A stretch of 64,000 nt of DNA, from sequence record NZ_CP044080.1; one strand, given 5' to 3'. The notes below the pieces were generated by a model. That model saw only the letters and a list, made by a program, of their open reading frames with translations, was not told the DNA's origin and made no database searches. Shown piece by piece: positions 1 through 10,788 of the stretch. This DNA is from a plasmid. Every line of letters begins with the position of its first letter. Within the stretch, counting starts at the first letter, position 1. A program made the translations under genes and the position numbers.

Positions 1-2
1 AT

Positions 3-377
3 CTTGCGGCGAAAGCCTGCGGCGTCAGCGCCGAGACGCTGCTTGCGCAATGGAAGCAGCTGGATACCCAGACATCGACGATGGCGAACACCTCGGTCGC
101 CGCCGATGCCGCCGATCTTGCGCCCGTGGCGGCGCCGGACGATACCCAGAAGCAGGCGGGCGTCGGTGCCGATGCGGCGGAAACAAAGGATGCCGCCCAT
201 GGCGACGGCAACCCGGTCGCCGCCGCTGCCGCGCCCCAGGCCAGCGCGGCGGCCAACCCCCAGGACGCGCTGGACGGGTCCGCCGCCCCGACCGAAGGCA
301 CCGCGCTCTCCAAGGCCGCCGTCTGCGAAATCGACGCGCAAAAGGCCGGCGCGCTTGGCATCAAGGTGCCCGGCTGA
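3..377 (+). CDS. 3' end of a gene running in from before the window; Ala/Pro/Asp-rich low-complexity C-terminal tail; function unknown
   Basis: Frame 3 is open from position 3 (LAAKACGVSAETLLAQWKQLDTQTSTMANTSVAADAADLAPVAAPDD...) and stops at the TGA at 375-377. The tail is low-complexity. No family recognised. Confidence 0.3.
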   Translation, partial: LAAKACGVSAETLLAQWKQLDTQTSTMANTSVAADAADLAPVAAPDDTQKQAGVGADAAETKDAAHGDGNPVAAAAAPQASAAANPQDALDGSAAPTEGTALSKAAVCEIDAQKAGALGIKVPG

Positions 378-381
378 CGTG

Positions 382-2070
382 TCAGGGCCGGGGCGTGCCG
401 CCGATCCCCGGGTTGAACCGCGCCAGCGGGTCCAGGCTTTCGTAAAAGGCGGCAAGCTGGGGCTTGGCGTGATACAGATGGCCGACGTTGTGTTCGGCCG
501 GGTATTCGGCGCCCTCGGCGTCGAGCATCGCCAGCATGGCCTTTTTGAACGCCAGGGGGTCGGCGCCCTTTTTCAGCACATAGTCCAGATGAAAGACGTG
601 GCACAGGAAATGGCCATAGGCCAGCGTCGCCGCGACCTGCCCCGCCTGGGCCGGCGGGACGGGCTTGATCCAGTCGCGGTCGTTGCGCCGCAGCGCCACG
701 TCCAGCGCCACCAGCCCGCCGGTGCGGCGGCGGTTCATCGCCTCGTAGCGGACGGCGGCGCCGGCCACGGCAAAGCGATGCAGCAGCGCCTTGGACCCCT
801 CGGCCGGGGTGCAGCGGAACCAGCCGTCGGGGCCGACCGTCTCGTCCAGGATGCGCTCGGCCAGGTCGGCAGGCGTTTCCACCTTCAGGATCAGGTGATG
901 TTCGAACCGGTCGCGGAAATCGCGCATCCGCCGGGGCAACCGGCCCGGCGCCAGCTGCCCCGCAAGCTGCAGAAAGCGGTCGCTGAGATCAGATGTCATC
1001 GGGACCCGCCGCAGGCGCGCGTCGGCCCAGCCCTTCAGCGCGAACAGCGCGGGCATCCGGGCGGTGCCGAACCATTCGATGAACAGGCGGGTGTCGCGGC
1101 CAAAGCGGGCAGCCATGTCCCAGGCCTCGCGGTGGATGTATTCGCCGACGATCGGCAGCGGGTCCAGTTCGGTCAGCAGCCGCCGGCGCAGCGTGGCCAG
1201 AGCCTCGGGGCTGTTGGTGCCGACATACAGCACCTCGGTCGCGGCCGGGCGGGCAAAGGTGTCCAGCCGCACCGCAAAGACGGCCAGCCGCCCGGCGCAA
1301 CCCGATGCCTCGTGCAGGCGGCCCGGATCGGCGTTGAAGCGGCCGGGCGTTAGCGCATCGACATCGCGCACGCGCGCGGCATAATCGTGGTCCGACGCCG
1401 CCCCTGCCCGGGCCTCCACGTCATCCGGCCCGATCTTGCCTGCGTCCAGGCGGCGCAGGATGGTTTCGGGGTCGTCGCCCAGCCGCAGGCCCAGGTTGTT
1501 CACCAGCCGCAGGGTGCCGTCCGCGTCCAGCCGGGCGAACAGCGCAAGCTCGGTATAGGCGGGGCCGCGCCGGACCAGCGCCCCGCCCGAATTGTTGCAG
1601 ACCCCGCCCACGACCGAGGCGCCGATGCAGCTTGACCCGATCACCGAATGCGGATCGCGCCCCAGGGGTGCAAGCGCCTGCTCCAGCCCATAAAGCGTCG
1701 CGCCGGCGTGGCAGACGACCTGGGTGCCGTCCAGGATCAGGTGGATCTGCGCCAGCCGCAGCGTGCTGACGATCACCACGGACTGGCCGTAGCTGCCCTT
1801 GGGGGTCGAGCCTTCGGTCAGCCCGGTGTTCGCGGCCTGGACGATCACGATCCGTCCCGCCTGCACGCAAAGCTGCAGCACGCGCCACATGTCCAGCAGG
1901 GTGCCGGGGCGCACGACCGCCTCGGCCTCGCCGCCGCCCGAGCGGTATCCGGTGCGGAACCGTTCGGTGTCCTGGGGACGGGTCAGCACATGCGGGGCCC
2001 CGACAACGGCGCGCAGCGCATCAAGAAAGGCGGCGGCGGGCGAAACATCCGTCCCGGATCGCTGTGTCAT
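382..2070 (-). CDS. dld: FAD-binding, quinone-dependent D-lactate dehydrogenase
   Basis: Protein-level similarity along its length to E. coli Dld, including motifs QAANTGLTEGSTP, VIGSSCIGASVVGG, CNNSGGALVRRGPAYTE and NVGHLYHAKP. Start chosen at the internal Met MTQRSG (2068-2070); the ORF upstream of that is GC-rich read-through. Confidence 0.75.
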   Translation of the reverse strand: MTQRSGTDVSPAAAFLDALRAVVGAPHVLTRPQDTERFRTGYRSGGGEAEAVVRPGTLLDMWRVLQLCVQAGRIVIVQAANTGLTEGSTPKGSYGQSVVIVSTLRLAQIHLILDGTQVVCHAGATLYGLEQALAPLGRDPHSVIGSSCIGASVVGGVCNNSGGALVRRGPAYTELALFARLDADGTLRLVNNLGLRLGDDPETILRRLDAGKIGPDDVEARAGAASDHDYAARVRDVDALTPGRFNADPGRLHEASGCAGRLAVFAVRLDTFARPAATEVLYVGTNSPEALATLRRRLLTELDPLPIVGEYIHREAWDMAARFGRDTRLFIEWFGTARMPALFALKGWADARLRRVPMTSDLSDRFLQLAGQLAPGRLPRRMRDFRDRFEHHLILKVETPADLAERILDETVGPDGWFRCTPAEGSKALLHRFAVAGAAVRYEAMNRRRTGGLVALDVALRRNDRDWIKPVPPAQAGQVAATLAYGHFLCHVFHLDYVLKKGADPLAFKKAMLAMLDAEGAEYPAEHNVGHLYHAKPQLAAFYESLDPLARFNPGIGGTPRP

Positions 2071-2197
2071 CGGCCAGGCCCCCCTGTCTTGGCCAGCAGG
2101 ACGGTGCCCTGCCCGTTGTCCCTGAGCCAAGAATACCATGCCCGGCGATCGCCCGTCCACTTCCGCGCCCCGCCCCGGCGGCCGCGCGGGCCCCCGG

Positions 2198-3229
2198 TCA
2201 GGAAGCCGCCTGCCGGTCGGGCCGGGACAGTTTCTCGAACCGCGCCTGGCTGCGTATCTCGCTGGGGCGCAGCTTATAGAATTCCTTGAACCATTTCGAG
2301 AAATGCGAGGTCGAGGCGAAACCCACGGCGACCGCGATGTCGATGACGGGCTGTTCGGAATAAAGCAGCATCTCGCGCGCGCGGTCGATGCGCAGCGACA
2401 GGTAATAGCGCGCCGGGTTCATGCCCAGATGGCTGCGGAACTGCCGTTCGAGCTGGCGCGCGCTGATCCCGGCGGTCGCGGCCAGATCCTCGATCTGCAG
2501 GGGCGTTTCCATGTTGGCTTGCATCAGGCGGATGACGCGCTGCATGGTCAGCGGCAGGGCGCCGATCTGCTGCAGCCGACCGCCCTGCTGGTCCTCGTGG
2601 GCGTCGCGGATGCGTTCGTGGTGGAACTGGTTGGCGACACCCCGCGCCAGGTCCATGCCGTGCCGGTCCGCGATGATGTGCAGCATCAGGTCCATCGCCG
2701 CCGTCCCGCCCGAACAGGTCAGCCGGTTGCGGTCGATTTCGTAAAGCGTGCCGGTGATGGTCAGATGCGGGAAATCCTCTTCGAAGGCGGCGCGGTTTTC
2801 CCAGTGGATGGTGCAGCGATAGCCGTCGAGCAGCCCGGCCCGCGCCAGCAGATAGCTTGCCGTGGACAGCGCGCCGATGGCGCGTCCGCGATGGGCGGCG
2901 CGGCGCAAGGCGCCCAGATAGGGGCGTTCGTGCCGGGGGTTCACGCGCACGCCGCCGCAGACGAACAGCGCGTGGCAATCCTCGAGCGCCTGATCGACGG
3001 GGCGCGCGGAAAACGGCATCCCGTTCGAGGCGATCACCGGCGCGCCGTCCAGGCTGCACAGGTCCCAGCGAAAGGCCTCGCGCCCCAGGAGCCGGTTGGC
3101 CGAACGCAGCGGCTCGGTGGCCGAGGCCAGGCTCATCATTGACATGTCGTCGATCATCAGAAAGGCGAAGCGCAGGGGTTCGCCGACATTATGGTAGAAC
3201 ATCACAGGGTCCTGCTTGCGATGTGCCAT
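2198..3229 (-). CDS. GlxA/GbdR-family transcriptional regulator (N-terminal DJ-1/PfpI-like domain plus C-terminal AraC-type HTH)
   Basis: N-terminal half matches a class-I glutamine amidotransferase-like/DJ-1 fold (LFVCGG, ALSTASYLLARAGLLDG). C-terminal half carries an AraC HTH signature (IEDLAATAGISARQLERQFR...ASTSHFSKWFKEFYKLRP). Start at MAHRKQDPVMFYH. Confidence 0.75.
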   Translation of the reverse strand: MAHRKQDPVMFYHNVGEPLRFAFLMIDDMSMMSLASATEPLRSANRLLGREAFRWDLCSLDGAPVIASNGMPFSARPVDQALEDCHALFVCGGVRVNPRHERPYLGALRRAAHRGRAIGALSTASYLLARAGLLDGYRCTIHWENRAAFEEDFPHLTITGTLYEIDRNRLTCSGGTAAMDLMLHIIADRHGMDLARGVANQFHHERIRDAHEDQQGGRLQQIGALPLTMQRVIRLMQANMETPLQIEDLAATAGISARQLERQFRSHLGMNPARYYLSLRIDRAREMLLYSEQPVIDIAVAVGFASTSHFSKWFKEFYKLRPSEIRSQARFEKLSRPDRQAAS

Positions 3230-3266
3230 GATGGGCCGCCCCGCGCGCGCGCCGCAAGACGGATCG

Positions 3267-4424
3267 TCAGACGGTCGCAAGGCCGCCCGGCAGCCAGCCC
3301 TGCAATGCCGCCCAATCGGGCTCCAGCCGGCTGAAGCGGTCCAGCCGCAATGATCCGAGGTCGGCAAAATCGCAGGCGCCGTCAGTCACCAGCTGCGCCA
3401 GCGCCCGCCCGCTGGCCGGCGACAGGCCGAAGCCCACGCCCGACAGCGTCCCGACCGTCAGGTTCGCCCAAGGGGCGGGGCGGTCCAGCACGGGGCGGCC
3501 GTCGGGCGTGTTCTCGATGATGCCGGCCCAGCTGCGGATCACGCGGGCATGGGCGGCCTTTGGCAAAAGCTGCGCCAGCCGCCGGGCGATGCTGCCTGCC
3601 AGCGGGGTCGAGGGGCGGGGACCGCCGGGCACGTCCTCGGTTTCCACCCATTCGTGCGGGCCGCCGCCATAGGCCAGGTTGCCGCGCAGGGTCTGGCGGC
3701 CGTAAAGCCCGTTGCCGTCGATGCCGCCCAGGGGCATCGGCGGCAGCGGTTCGGTCACGATCATCTCGGCCCGCGCGGCGCGCATGGGAATGTCCACGTC
3801 CAGCAGCGCGGCCAGCCGGCTGGTCTGCGGGCCGGCGGCGATGACCAGATGGTCGCAACCGAAGCTGCCCTGGTCGGTCTGGACCGCCGTCACCCGGTCG
3901 CCCGAGCGGGCAAAGCCGGTGACGGTGACGTGCTGGCGCACCCGGCCGCCACGGTCGCGGATCGCCCAGGCATAGGCCTGCACGGTGCGATGCGGGTTCG
4001 CATGGCCGCCGAAGTGATAATAGTGCCCGGCATGGACGTTGTCGCCGGCCAGCGGCACCAGCTCGCGCACCTGCCGTGCGTCCAGTTCGTCGGCGCGAAA
4101 GCCCTGCCTGCGGGCGTTGGTCACGGCGCGGCTGTAAAGCGTGTACTGTTCGGGCGACAGCGCGATGCGGATGCGGTTCGGCACGAATTCCGTTGGATAG
4201 CCCAGCAACTGGTCCATCATCGGCCACAGCCGCTGCTCCTCGGCGAACAGCGGGCTGTGGTGGTGCGAGCAGCCCCCGCCATTGCGGCCCGACGCCTCCC
4301 ATCCGACGATGCCGCGTTCCAGCACCAGGACGTCGACGCCGGCCTCGGCCAGCCAGAAGGCAGTGGAAAGCCCGGTGACCCCGCCGCCGATGACGACGAC
4401 CGAGGCGCCCTTATTCGCTGACAT
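3267..4424 (-). CDS. FAD-dependent oxidoreductase, beta subunit-like (opine oxidase OoxB / HcnC / sarcosine-oxidase-beta family)
   Basis: N-terminal GxGxxG dinucleotide fold ([21 protein letters not shown]) and DAO-family architecture. Overlaps the upstream alpha-like gene by 14 nt. Start at MSANKGAS. Confidence 0.75.
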   Translation of the reverse strand: MSANKGASVVVIGGGVTGLSTAFWLAEAGVDVLVLERGIVGWEASGRNGGGCSHHHSPLFAEEQRLWPMMDQLLGYPTEFVPNRIRIALSPEQYTLYSRAVTNARRQGFRADELDARQVRELVPLAGDNVHAGHYYHFGGHANPHRTVQAYAWAIRDRGGRVRQHVTVTGFARSGDRVTAVQTDQGSFGCDHLVIAAGPQTSRLAALLDVDIPMRAARAEMIVTEPLPPMPLGGIDGNGLYGRQTLRGNLAYGGGPHEWVETEDVPGGPRPSTPLAGSIARRLAQLLPKAAHARVIRSWAGIIENTPDGRPVLDRPAPWANLTVGTLSGVGFGLSPASGRALAQLVTDGACDFADLGSLRLDRFSRLEPDWAALQGWLPGGLATV

Positions 4425-5997
4425 GTTCTTTCTCCGTGGCAAGGGCTGCGACCGTGTATTGCGGCTCGACATCCCAGAAGGGCACCCATTGGCGCGGCAT
4501 CCCGAACCAGCTGTCCCAGACTTCGGCGATGGCGGGGTCCTCGGGCGCGGTCGCCTCGGCCAGGGTCATCGGCCGCACCGGGCTGCGATAGCCGGCCAGG
4601 GGCACCGCCCCCAGCGCCAGGTCCTCTTGCAGCGCCAACAGGGCCTGGATCTGTTCGCGGCAGCGCCGGCCCTGGCACGGGCCCATGCCGGCCCGGGTCA
4701 GGCGCTTGACCTGGTCGGGATCGGGCGGGCCGTCGCCCAGGATCTGCACGAGGCTGCGGGTTTCGTTCGCGATGGGCGGCGTCTTCAGATAGCGCGGCGG
4801 ACGAACCTCGAGGATCTCGCGCGCCGTCACCTCCTCGCACTGGCAGACGGGCATCTCGGCGATGGCCTCGACGACCGAGGCGCGGACCCAGTCCTTGCGA
4901 TACTGGCCCAGGTCGGGGGCAACCGGCGGACTGGACAGGACGGCCGGGTCCGCATCCGCCGCACCCAGCCCCAGCGCGGCCAAGGCGGCGGCGGCGGCGG
5001 TCTCGCCTTCGGCGCGGGCGATGGCCTCGTCGGCGGATTTCGTCGCCCAGATGCCCGCGCAATCGCCTGCCGCGCGGATGCCTTGCAGCGTGCTCTGCAT
5101 GGCCGCGTCCAGCACCGGAACAAAGCCGCTGCGGTCGTTGTCAAAGGCGCAGCGCGCCCCGGCGGCCTGGATCAGGTCGATCATCGGCACCGCCCCCACG
5201 CCCAGCAGGACGCAATCGCAGGCGATCTGCCGGTCGCGCAGGGTCAGTCCCGTGACCCCTGCCGCGTCGGACAGGATGCCGCGCGGCGCGTTGGAGCAGA
5301 GGACCTCGACACCCCGCGCCTGCAGTTCGGCGGCAAGCGCGGGGTCCAGCGGCGTTGCCGCCTGTTCGACCACCGCCGCGATCTCGACCCCCGCCGCGAT
5401 CAGGTCCTGCGCGGCCAGCAGCGCCTCGGCGCCCGACCCCAGCATCACCGCGCGCCGGCCCTCGAAGGCGCCGTAAAACCCCGCCAGCACCACCGCGGCC
5501 GAGGCGCCCAGCACGCCGGGCAGATCCCAGCCCGGAAAGGCCAGTCCCATGTCGCGCCGGCCCGCCGCGACGATGACCTGCTCGGCGCGGACCAGATGGC
5601 TGCCCTGGTCGTCGTCGATCAGCCCGGCCACCAGCCCCGGCATCCAGCCCAGGTTCGGCTGATTGGCGAACAGACCCCAGCAGGCTGTGCCCAGGCGCAC
5701 GTCCACGCCTTTCTCGAACAGATCGGCCAGATCGGGCCGCGCCTCGAGCATCCGTTCCATCATGGCGTTGCGGTTGCGGATCTCGGCACCCATGCGGCCG
5801 CCCCAGATCTGCGGAACGCTTTCGCTCATCACCTCGAAGGGCACGGGGTTTTCGTCGACCAGCATTACTTGCGCGCCGCCCGCATGCGCGCGGCGCGCGG
5901 CGGCAATGCCTGCCGGGCCGGCGCCGACGACCAGAACCTGCGTCTGATGCGCGATTTCAAGGCGCTTGCCGGCAACCGAGTGCGGGTCAATCGTCAT
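4411..5997 (-). CDS. FAD/NAD(P)-binding oxidoreductase, alpha subunit-like (OoxA / HcnB family)
   Basis: Two Rossmann-type motifs ([14 protein letters not shown]; [14 protein letters not shown]), a Cys cluster (CQCEEV...CQGRRC) and a pyridine-nucleotide-disulfide-oxidoreductase-like layout. Forms an operon pair with the beta-like gene. Confidence 0.7.
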   Translation of the reverse strand: MTIDPHSVAGKRLEIAHQTQVLVVGAGPAGIAAARRAHAGGAQVMLVDENPVPFEVMSESVPQIWGGRMGAEIRNRNAMMERMLEARPDLADLFEKGVDVRLGTACWGLFANQPNLGWMPGLVAGLIDDDQGSHLVRAEQVIVAAGRRDMGLAFPGWDLPGVLGASAAVVLAGFYGAFEGRRAVMLGSGAEALLAAQDLIAAGVEIAAVVEQAATPLDPALAAELQARGVEVLCSNAPRGILSDAAGVTGLTLRDRQIACDCVLLGVGAVPMIDLIQAAGARCAFDNDRSGFVPVLDAAMQSTLQGIRAAGDCAGIWATKSADEAIARAEGETAAAAALAALGLGAADADPAVLSSPPVAPDLGQYRKDWVRASVVEAIAEMPVCQCEEVTAREILEVRPPRYLKTPPIANETRSLVQILGDGPPDPDQVKRLTRAGMGPCQGRRCREQIQALLALQEDLALGAVPLAGYRSPVRPMTLAEATAPEDPAIAEVWDSWFGMPRQWVPFWDVEPQYTVAALATEKEHVSE

Positions 5998-6460
5998 CGG
6001 TGATCCTTTCCTTGGCTAAGGCGGCGCATGGCGCGTGCCCGACGGCTTTGGCCCAATCCTTGACGAGGCCGCGCTGCGCCAAGGCTAGGCTTCCGACCTT
6101 GGACGCAAGAAAAGCGACATTGCGCAGCGTCGGGAAATTGATGTCGCACATTCCCCGTCCTGCTGCCTCTACAGGCCGGCACCGAACAGGCGCCCGGGAA
6201 AGCGCGGGGCCTTGCCACATACCGACGTATTATCAATGGATTGATCATGCTCTCACGCTGCGGCAAGCGCCCCCGGTCGCCGCGAATCCGCCTCCGACCC
6301 CCGGTTTTCGACGGTTTTCGGGCGATGTCGAAAAGCTTTCTCTGCGTGTCGGAAATCGGTAGAGCGTCGCGGGGCATCTGTGGCTGTAATCGGGTTGTGG
6401 GTGCCCCTGACCCATCCATTCGCCACCGGCCAACCGCCCCGGAAGCTTTCGGAGAGACTG

Positions 6461-7117
6461 ATGGAGACGCTTCGGTTCGCGCTCGACAACCTGCCGCAGA
6501 TCATGGACCGCACCGTCGAGCACGTCTCGCTGGTGGGCGCGGCCATCCTGATCGCGATCGCGACAGGCGTGCCCATCAGCATCGCCATCACCCAGAACGC
6601 AACCGTCGCCCGACGCGTGCTTTACGTCGCGGCGATCATCATGACGATCCCGTCCATCGCCTTCTTCGGCATCCTGATCCCGATTCTGTCGCCCTTTGGC
6701 CATGGCATCGGCTATCTGCCGGCGCTGATCGCGCTGGTGTTCTATTCGCAGCTGCCGATCATCCGCAACACCTACACGGCGATCATGAACATTGACCCGG
6801 CGCTGCGCGACGCGGCGCGCGGCATGGGCATGACCGCCCTGCAACGGCTGTGGCAGGTCGAGATTCCGATGGCCATGCCCGTGATCCTGAACGGGGTGCG
6901 CAACGCGGTCGTGCTGACCATCGCCATCGCCGCCATCGCGACCTATATCGGCGCAGGCGGGCTTGGCACCTTCATCTCGCGCGGGATTTCCCAGACCGAC
7001 AGCCGCCAGCTGATCACCGGCGCGGTCGCGGTCAGCCTGCTAGCCATTACCGCCGATCTTTTCCTTTTGCTGCTGCAACGGCTGCTGACCTCGCCCGGTC
7101 TGCGCACCCGCCACTGA
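6461..7117 (+). CDS. ABC transporter permease (OpuCB/ProW-like, glycine betaine/choline/carnitine type)
   Basis: Multi-TM protein with the EAA-like loop of betaine ABC permeases (NIDPALRDAARGMGMTALQRLWQVEIP). Start at METLRF. Confidence 0.8.
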   Translation: METLRFALDNLPQIMDRTVEHVSLVGAAILIAIATGVPISIAITQNATVARRVLYVAAIIMTIPSIAFFGILIPILSPFGHGIGYLPALIALVFYSQLPIIRNTYTAIMNIDPALRDAARGMGMTALQRLWQVEIPMAMPVILNGVRNAVVLTIAIAAIATYIGAGGLGTFISRGISQTDSRQLITGAVAVSLLAITADLFLLLLQRLLTSPGLRTRH

Positions 7118-7133
7118 ACCACAGGACAAACGC

Positions 7134-8240
7134 ATGATCCGTCTGGAAAACGTCACCAAGACCTTCGAGACCTATCTGGCCGTGGACAATGTCAGCTTCG
7201 AGGTCCCCGAGGGCGAGATCTGCGTGCTGCTGGGCCCATCGGGCTGCGGCAAGACCACGACCATGCGCATGATCAACCGCCTGACCGAACTCAGCTCGGG
7301 CCGCATCCTGATCGGCGGCCGCGACATCATGGAGGTCGGCGCGACCCAGCTGCGACGGGGCATCGGCTATGTCATCCAGCAGATCGGCCTGTTCCCCAAC
7401 AAGACGATCGAGGACAACATCTGCACCGTGCCCGACCTGCTGGGCATGGACCGCAAGGCCTCGCGCAAGCGCGCGCACGATCTGCTGGAGATGGTGGCGC
7501 TGGACCCCGCCGTGTTTGCCCGGCGCTATCCCAAGCAGCTGTCGGGCGGCCAGCAACAGCGCGTCGGCGTGATTCGGGCCCTGGCCGCCGATCCGCCGGT
7601 CCTGCTGATGGACGAGCCTTTCGGCGCCATCGACCCGATCAACCGCGCCGTGATCCAGGACGAGTTCCTGAAGTTGCAATCGACGCTGAAAAAGACGGTG
7701 ATCTTTGTCAGCCACGACATCGACGAGGCGGTCAAGATGGCCTCGCGCATCGCCATCTTCAAAAGCGGCCGGCTGGTGCAATACGACACGCCCGACAATA
7801 TCCTGGCCCATCCGGTGGACGATTTCGTGGCCGATTTCGTCGGCGGGGACCGCACACTGAAACGGCTGCAACTGGTCAGGGTGGCCGATGCCATGCAGCC
7901 CGACCCGCCCCGCGTGCTGGCCGAAACCCCGGTGGCCGAGGCGCTGACCCTGATGCAGCGCAACGACCATCAGTCGGTGGTGATGACCGGGCCGCGCGGC
8001 CGGGTGCGCGGGCTGGTCCGGCGGGCGCAGCTGCAGGGCGCGGCGGGCACGGTGGGCGATCACTACGAACGCATTCCCTGCACCATCCATGTCGACGACA
8101 CGCTGCGCAACGCCGTATCCTTGATGTTTTCCAACGACCAGACCTGGCTCGCTTGTGTGGACCGGGACGGGTTCTATCGCGGCTACCTGACCCAGCGCGG
8201 CATCACGCACCTGCTGGGTGCGACCTATCGAGACGCATGA
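7134..8240 (+). CDS. ABC transporter ATP-binding protein with C-terminal tandem CBS domains (OpuCA/ProV-like)
   Basis: Walker A (GPSGCGKTT), ABC signature (LSGGQQQRV) and Walker B (LLMDEPFGAIDP), followed by a CBS-pair region. Confidence 0.85.
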   Translation: MIRLENVTKTFETYLAVDNVSFEVPEGEICVLLGPSGCGKTTTMRMINRLTELSSGRILIGGRDIMEVGATQLRRGIGYVIQQIGLFPNKTIEDNICTVPDLLGMDRKASRKRAHDLLEMVALDPAVFARRYPKQLSGGQQQRVGVIRALAADPPVLLMDEPFGAIDPINRAVIQDEFLKLQSTLKKTVIFVSHDIDEAVKMASRIAIFKSGRLVQYDTPDNILAHPVDDFVADFVGGDRTLKRLQLVRVADAMQPDPPRVLAETPVAEALTLMQRNDHQSVVMTGPRGRVRGLVRRAQLQGAAGTVGDHYERIPCTIHVDDTLRNAVSLMFSNDQTWLACVDRDGFYRGYLTQRGITHLLGATYRDA

Positions 8241-8983
8241 CGATGACGGGCGCGCATCTGTCGAATGTCGTCATGCAGGCGCTGCGGCTTGCGGGCTACG
8301 CGCTGATCTTCCTGGCCGGCATCTGGTTCCACTCCAGTGGCGCCATGGCCGCGATGGGCGAATATGCCGAGGACATCCGCTATCTGACCGTCCAGCACCT
8401 GCAGCTGACCGCGATCTCGGGGGCGCTGGCGATCCTGATCGGGATCCCCATCGGCGTGCTGCTGGCGCGCCGGTCGCTGGGCATCCTGGGGCCGGTGGTG
8501 GCGCAGGTGGTGAACCTGGGCACGACGATCCCGACGCTGGCGATCCTAGCGCTGGCCATGACGGTGATGGGCCTTGGCACGCCGCCCGCGATCTTTGGCC
8601 TGACGGTGCTGACGCTGCTGCCCATCGTCCTGAACACCATCGCGGGCATCAAAAGCGTGCCGCCCGCGCTGATCGACGCGGCGCGCGGCATGGGCATGAC
8701 CGGCTGGCAGATCCTGTGGAAGGTGGAACTGCCCTATGCGCTGTTCGTAATCTTCGCCGGCATCCGCACGGCGCTGGCGATCAACATCGGCACCGTGCCG
8801 CTGGCCTTCCTGATCGGCGGCGGGGGCCTGGGTGAGCTGATCTTTACCGGCATCGACCTGATGGAGCCGGGCCTGCTGCTGGCCGGCGCGATCCCGACCG
8901 CGGCGCTGGCCGTCGCCGTCGACCTGCTGGGCGCGCAGGCCCAGTACTGGCTGGTGCCCAAGGGCATCAACCCGCTGCGCTGA
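8237..8983 (+). CDS. ABC transporter permease (OpuCD-like)
   Basis: Second permease, paralogous to 6461-7117 (IDAARGMGMTGWQILWKVELP). ATGA overlap with the ATPase stop. Confidence 0.8.
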   Translation: MTMTGAHLSNVVMQALRLAGYALIFLAGIWFHSSGAMAAMGEYAEDIRYLTVQHLQLTAISGALAILIGIPIGVLLARRSLGILGPVVAQVVNLGTTIPTLAILALAMTVMGLGTPPAIFGLTVLTLLPIVLNTIAGIKSVPPALIDAARGMGMTGWQILWKVELPYALFVIFAGIRTALAINIGTVPLAFLIGGGGLGELIFTGIDLMEPGLLLAGAIPTAALAVAVDLLGAQAQYWLVPKGINPLR

Positions 8984-9011
8984 AACCATAAAACCAACAG
9001 TGGAGAGAAGC

Positions 9012-9893
9012 ATGACCCTGAAACGCCTTTTCGCCAGCGCCCTTGTCGCGCTTGGCCTGGCCCTTCCTGCCGCCGCGGCGCCCCTGGTCGTGGGCGGCAA
9101 AAACTTCACCGAACAGCAGCTGATCGCCGAGATCACCACCCAGCTCTTGAAATCCAAGGGCTTCGAGGTCGACAAGCGTGCAGGCCTTGGCACCGCGCCG
9201 CTGCGCCAGGCGCTCGAGGCCGGGCAGATCGACCTTTACTGGGAATATACCGGCACCTCGCTCATCACCTTCAACAAGATCGAAGAGAAGATGGACGCCG
9301 ACCAGACCTATGCCAAGGTCAAGGAGCTTGACGGCGAAAAGGGCCTGGTCTGGCTGAACCCGTCCAAGGTGAACTCGACCTATGCCATCGCCATGCGCGC
9401 GGCAGATGCCAAGGAAAGGGGCATCGCCACGATCTCGGATCTGGCGGCCAAGATCAACGGTGGCGAGGCGCTGACCTTCGGCAGCAACGCCGAATTCTAC
9501 GCCCGGCCGGACGGGCTGAAGCCGCTGGAAAAGCTGTATGGCTTTGAATACGGCCGCGCCAACGTTAAGCGCATGGACACCGGACTGGTCTATCAGGCGC
9601 TCAAGGACGGGCAGGTCGACAGCGGGCAGGTCTTTGCCACCGACGGACGCATCCCGGCCTTCGACTTCGTGGTCCTCAAGGACGACAAGGGGTATTTCCC
9701 CAGCTATGCAATGACCCCGGTCGTGCGCAAGGACATCCTGGACGCCAACCCGCAGTTGGCCGACCTGCTGAACGACCTGTCGGGCCGCCTGGACGACGCG
9801 GCGATGATGGCGCTGAACAGCCAGGTGGACGTGGACAAGAAATCGGTCGAAGCGGTGGCCTCGGACTTCCTCAAGGCCCAAGGCATGATCTGA
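9012..9893 (+). CDS. Osmoprotectant/quaternary-amine ABC substrate-binding protein (OpuCC/OsmX family) with signal peptide
   Basis: Signal peptide MTLKRLFASALVALGLALPAAAAP. Conserved betaine-binding-protein blocks (LVVGGKNFTEQQLIAE; DLYWEYTGT). Confidence 0.8.
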   Translation: MTLKRLFASALVALGLALPAAAAPLVVGGKNFTEQQLIAEITTQLLKSKGFEVDKRAGLGTAPLRQALEAGQIDLYWEYTGTSLITFNKIEEKMDADQTYAKVKELDGEKGLVWLNPSKVNSTYAIAMRAADAKERGIATISDLAAKINGGEALTFGSNAEFYARPDGLKPLEKLYGFEYGRANVKRMDTGLVYQALKDGQVDSGQVFATDGRIPAFDFVVLKDDKGYFPSYAMTPVVRKDILDANPQLADLLNDLSGRLDDAAMMALNSQVDVDKKSVEAVASDFLKAQGMI

Positions 9894-9954
9894 TCCCGCT
9901 TCGGGGCCTGCGTTTCGTCGCACAGGCCCCCTCTTTTTTGCCGAAAGTCCCGCC

Positions 9955-10788
9955 ATGTCCTGCCTGACCGTCGCCGCCGCGCAGATCGCCTGCGAACCGG
10001 GCGATATTGCCGCGAACCTTTCCCTGCATCTTGATGCCATCTCGGACGCCCGGCGGCGCGGGGTGGGGCTGCTGGTTTTCCCGGAACTGTCGCTGACCGA
10101 CTACCTGTCGCGGCCCGACACGGGCCGGCTGGCCCGGCGGCTGGACGATGCCGAGCCTGCCGCCATCGCCCGCGCGGCCGGCGACATGGCGGTGTCCTTC
10201 GGCATGATCCTGGCCGAGCATGGGGCCGTCTTCAATGCACAGGTGCTGGTTGGCACCGGCGCCGCGCCTGCGGTCCATCGCAAGCTGAACCTGCCGCATT
10301 ACGGCAATCTTTACGAGGCAGATCATTATGATGCAGGCCAAAAGCTTGATGTTTTCGAGACCTGCGTCGGGCGCCTTTCGACGCTGATCTGTGCCGACAG
10401 CTGGAACCCGGCGCTGGTCTGGCTGGCCGCGCATCAGGCGCCGGACCTGTTGGCGCAGCCCATCGCCTCGGCCCGCAGCGCGGTGGGGGGCGAGTTCGAC
10501 AACCCCGCCGGCTGGCGCATCAACCTGCGCCATACGGCGATGACCTATGGCCTGCCGACGATCATGTGCAACCATTGCGGCACACGCGGCGGGCTGGAGT
10601 TCTGGGGCGGCTCGCGCGTCCTCGATCCCTTCGGGCGCGAGCTTGTCGAACTGGACGATGGCCCTGGGCTGGCGGTGGCCGAGGTCGATGCCGCAGCGAT
10701 GGCCCGCGCCCGCGCGCTGCTGCCGACGGTGCGCGACGCGAACCCGGCGCTGATCGCCACGCTGATGCGGGCTGGCGGGCTGACCTAG
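9955..10788 (+). CDS. Carbon-nitrogen hydrolase (nitrilase-superfamily amidohydrolase)
   Basis: Catalytic-triad context of the CN-hydrolase fold (VFPELSLTDY Glu; LSTLICADSWNP Cys). Confidence 0.7.
   Translation: MSCLTVAAAQIACEPGDIAANLSLHLDAISDARRRGVGLLVFPELSLTDYLSRPDTGRLARRLDDAEPAAIARAAGDMAVSFGMILAEHGAVFNAQVLVGTGAAPAVHRKLNLPHYGNLYEADHYDAGQKLDVFETCVGRLSTLICADSWNPALVWLAAHQAPDLLAQPIASARSAVGGEFDNPAGWRINLRHTAMTYGLPTIMCNHCGTRGGLEFWGGSRVLDPFGRELVELDDGPGLAVAEVDAAAMARARALLPTVRDANPALIATLMRAGGLT

Noticed and set aside
4-1353. 449-aa plus-strand ORF at the window start
   Set aside because: Antisense to the well-supported dld gene. Arg/Pro/Ala-rich low-complexity translation typical of open frames in high-GC DNA. 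No domain signatures.
5994-6419. Small ORFs (141, 120, 77 aa) inside the 460-bp divergent intergenic region
   Set aside because: They overlap each other on both strands, lack RBSs and have low-complexity translations. The region is better explained as a divergent promoter/operator space.
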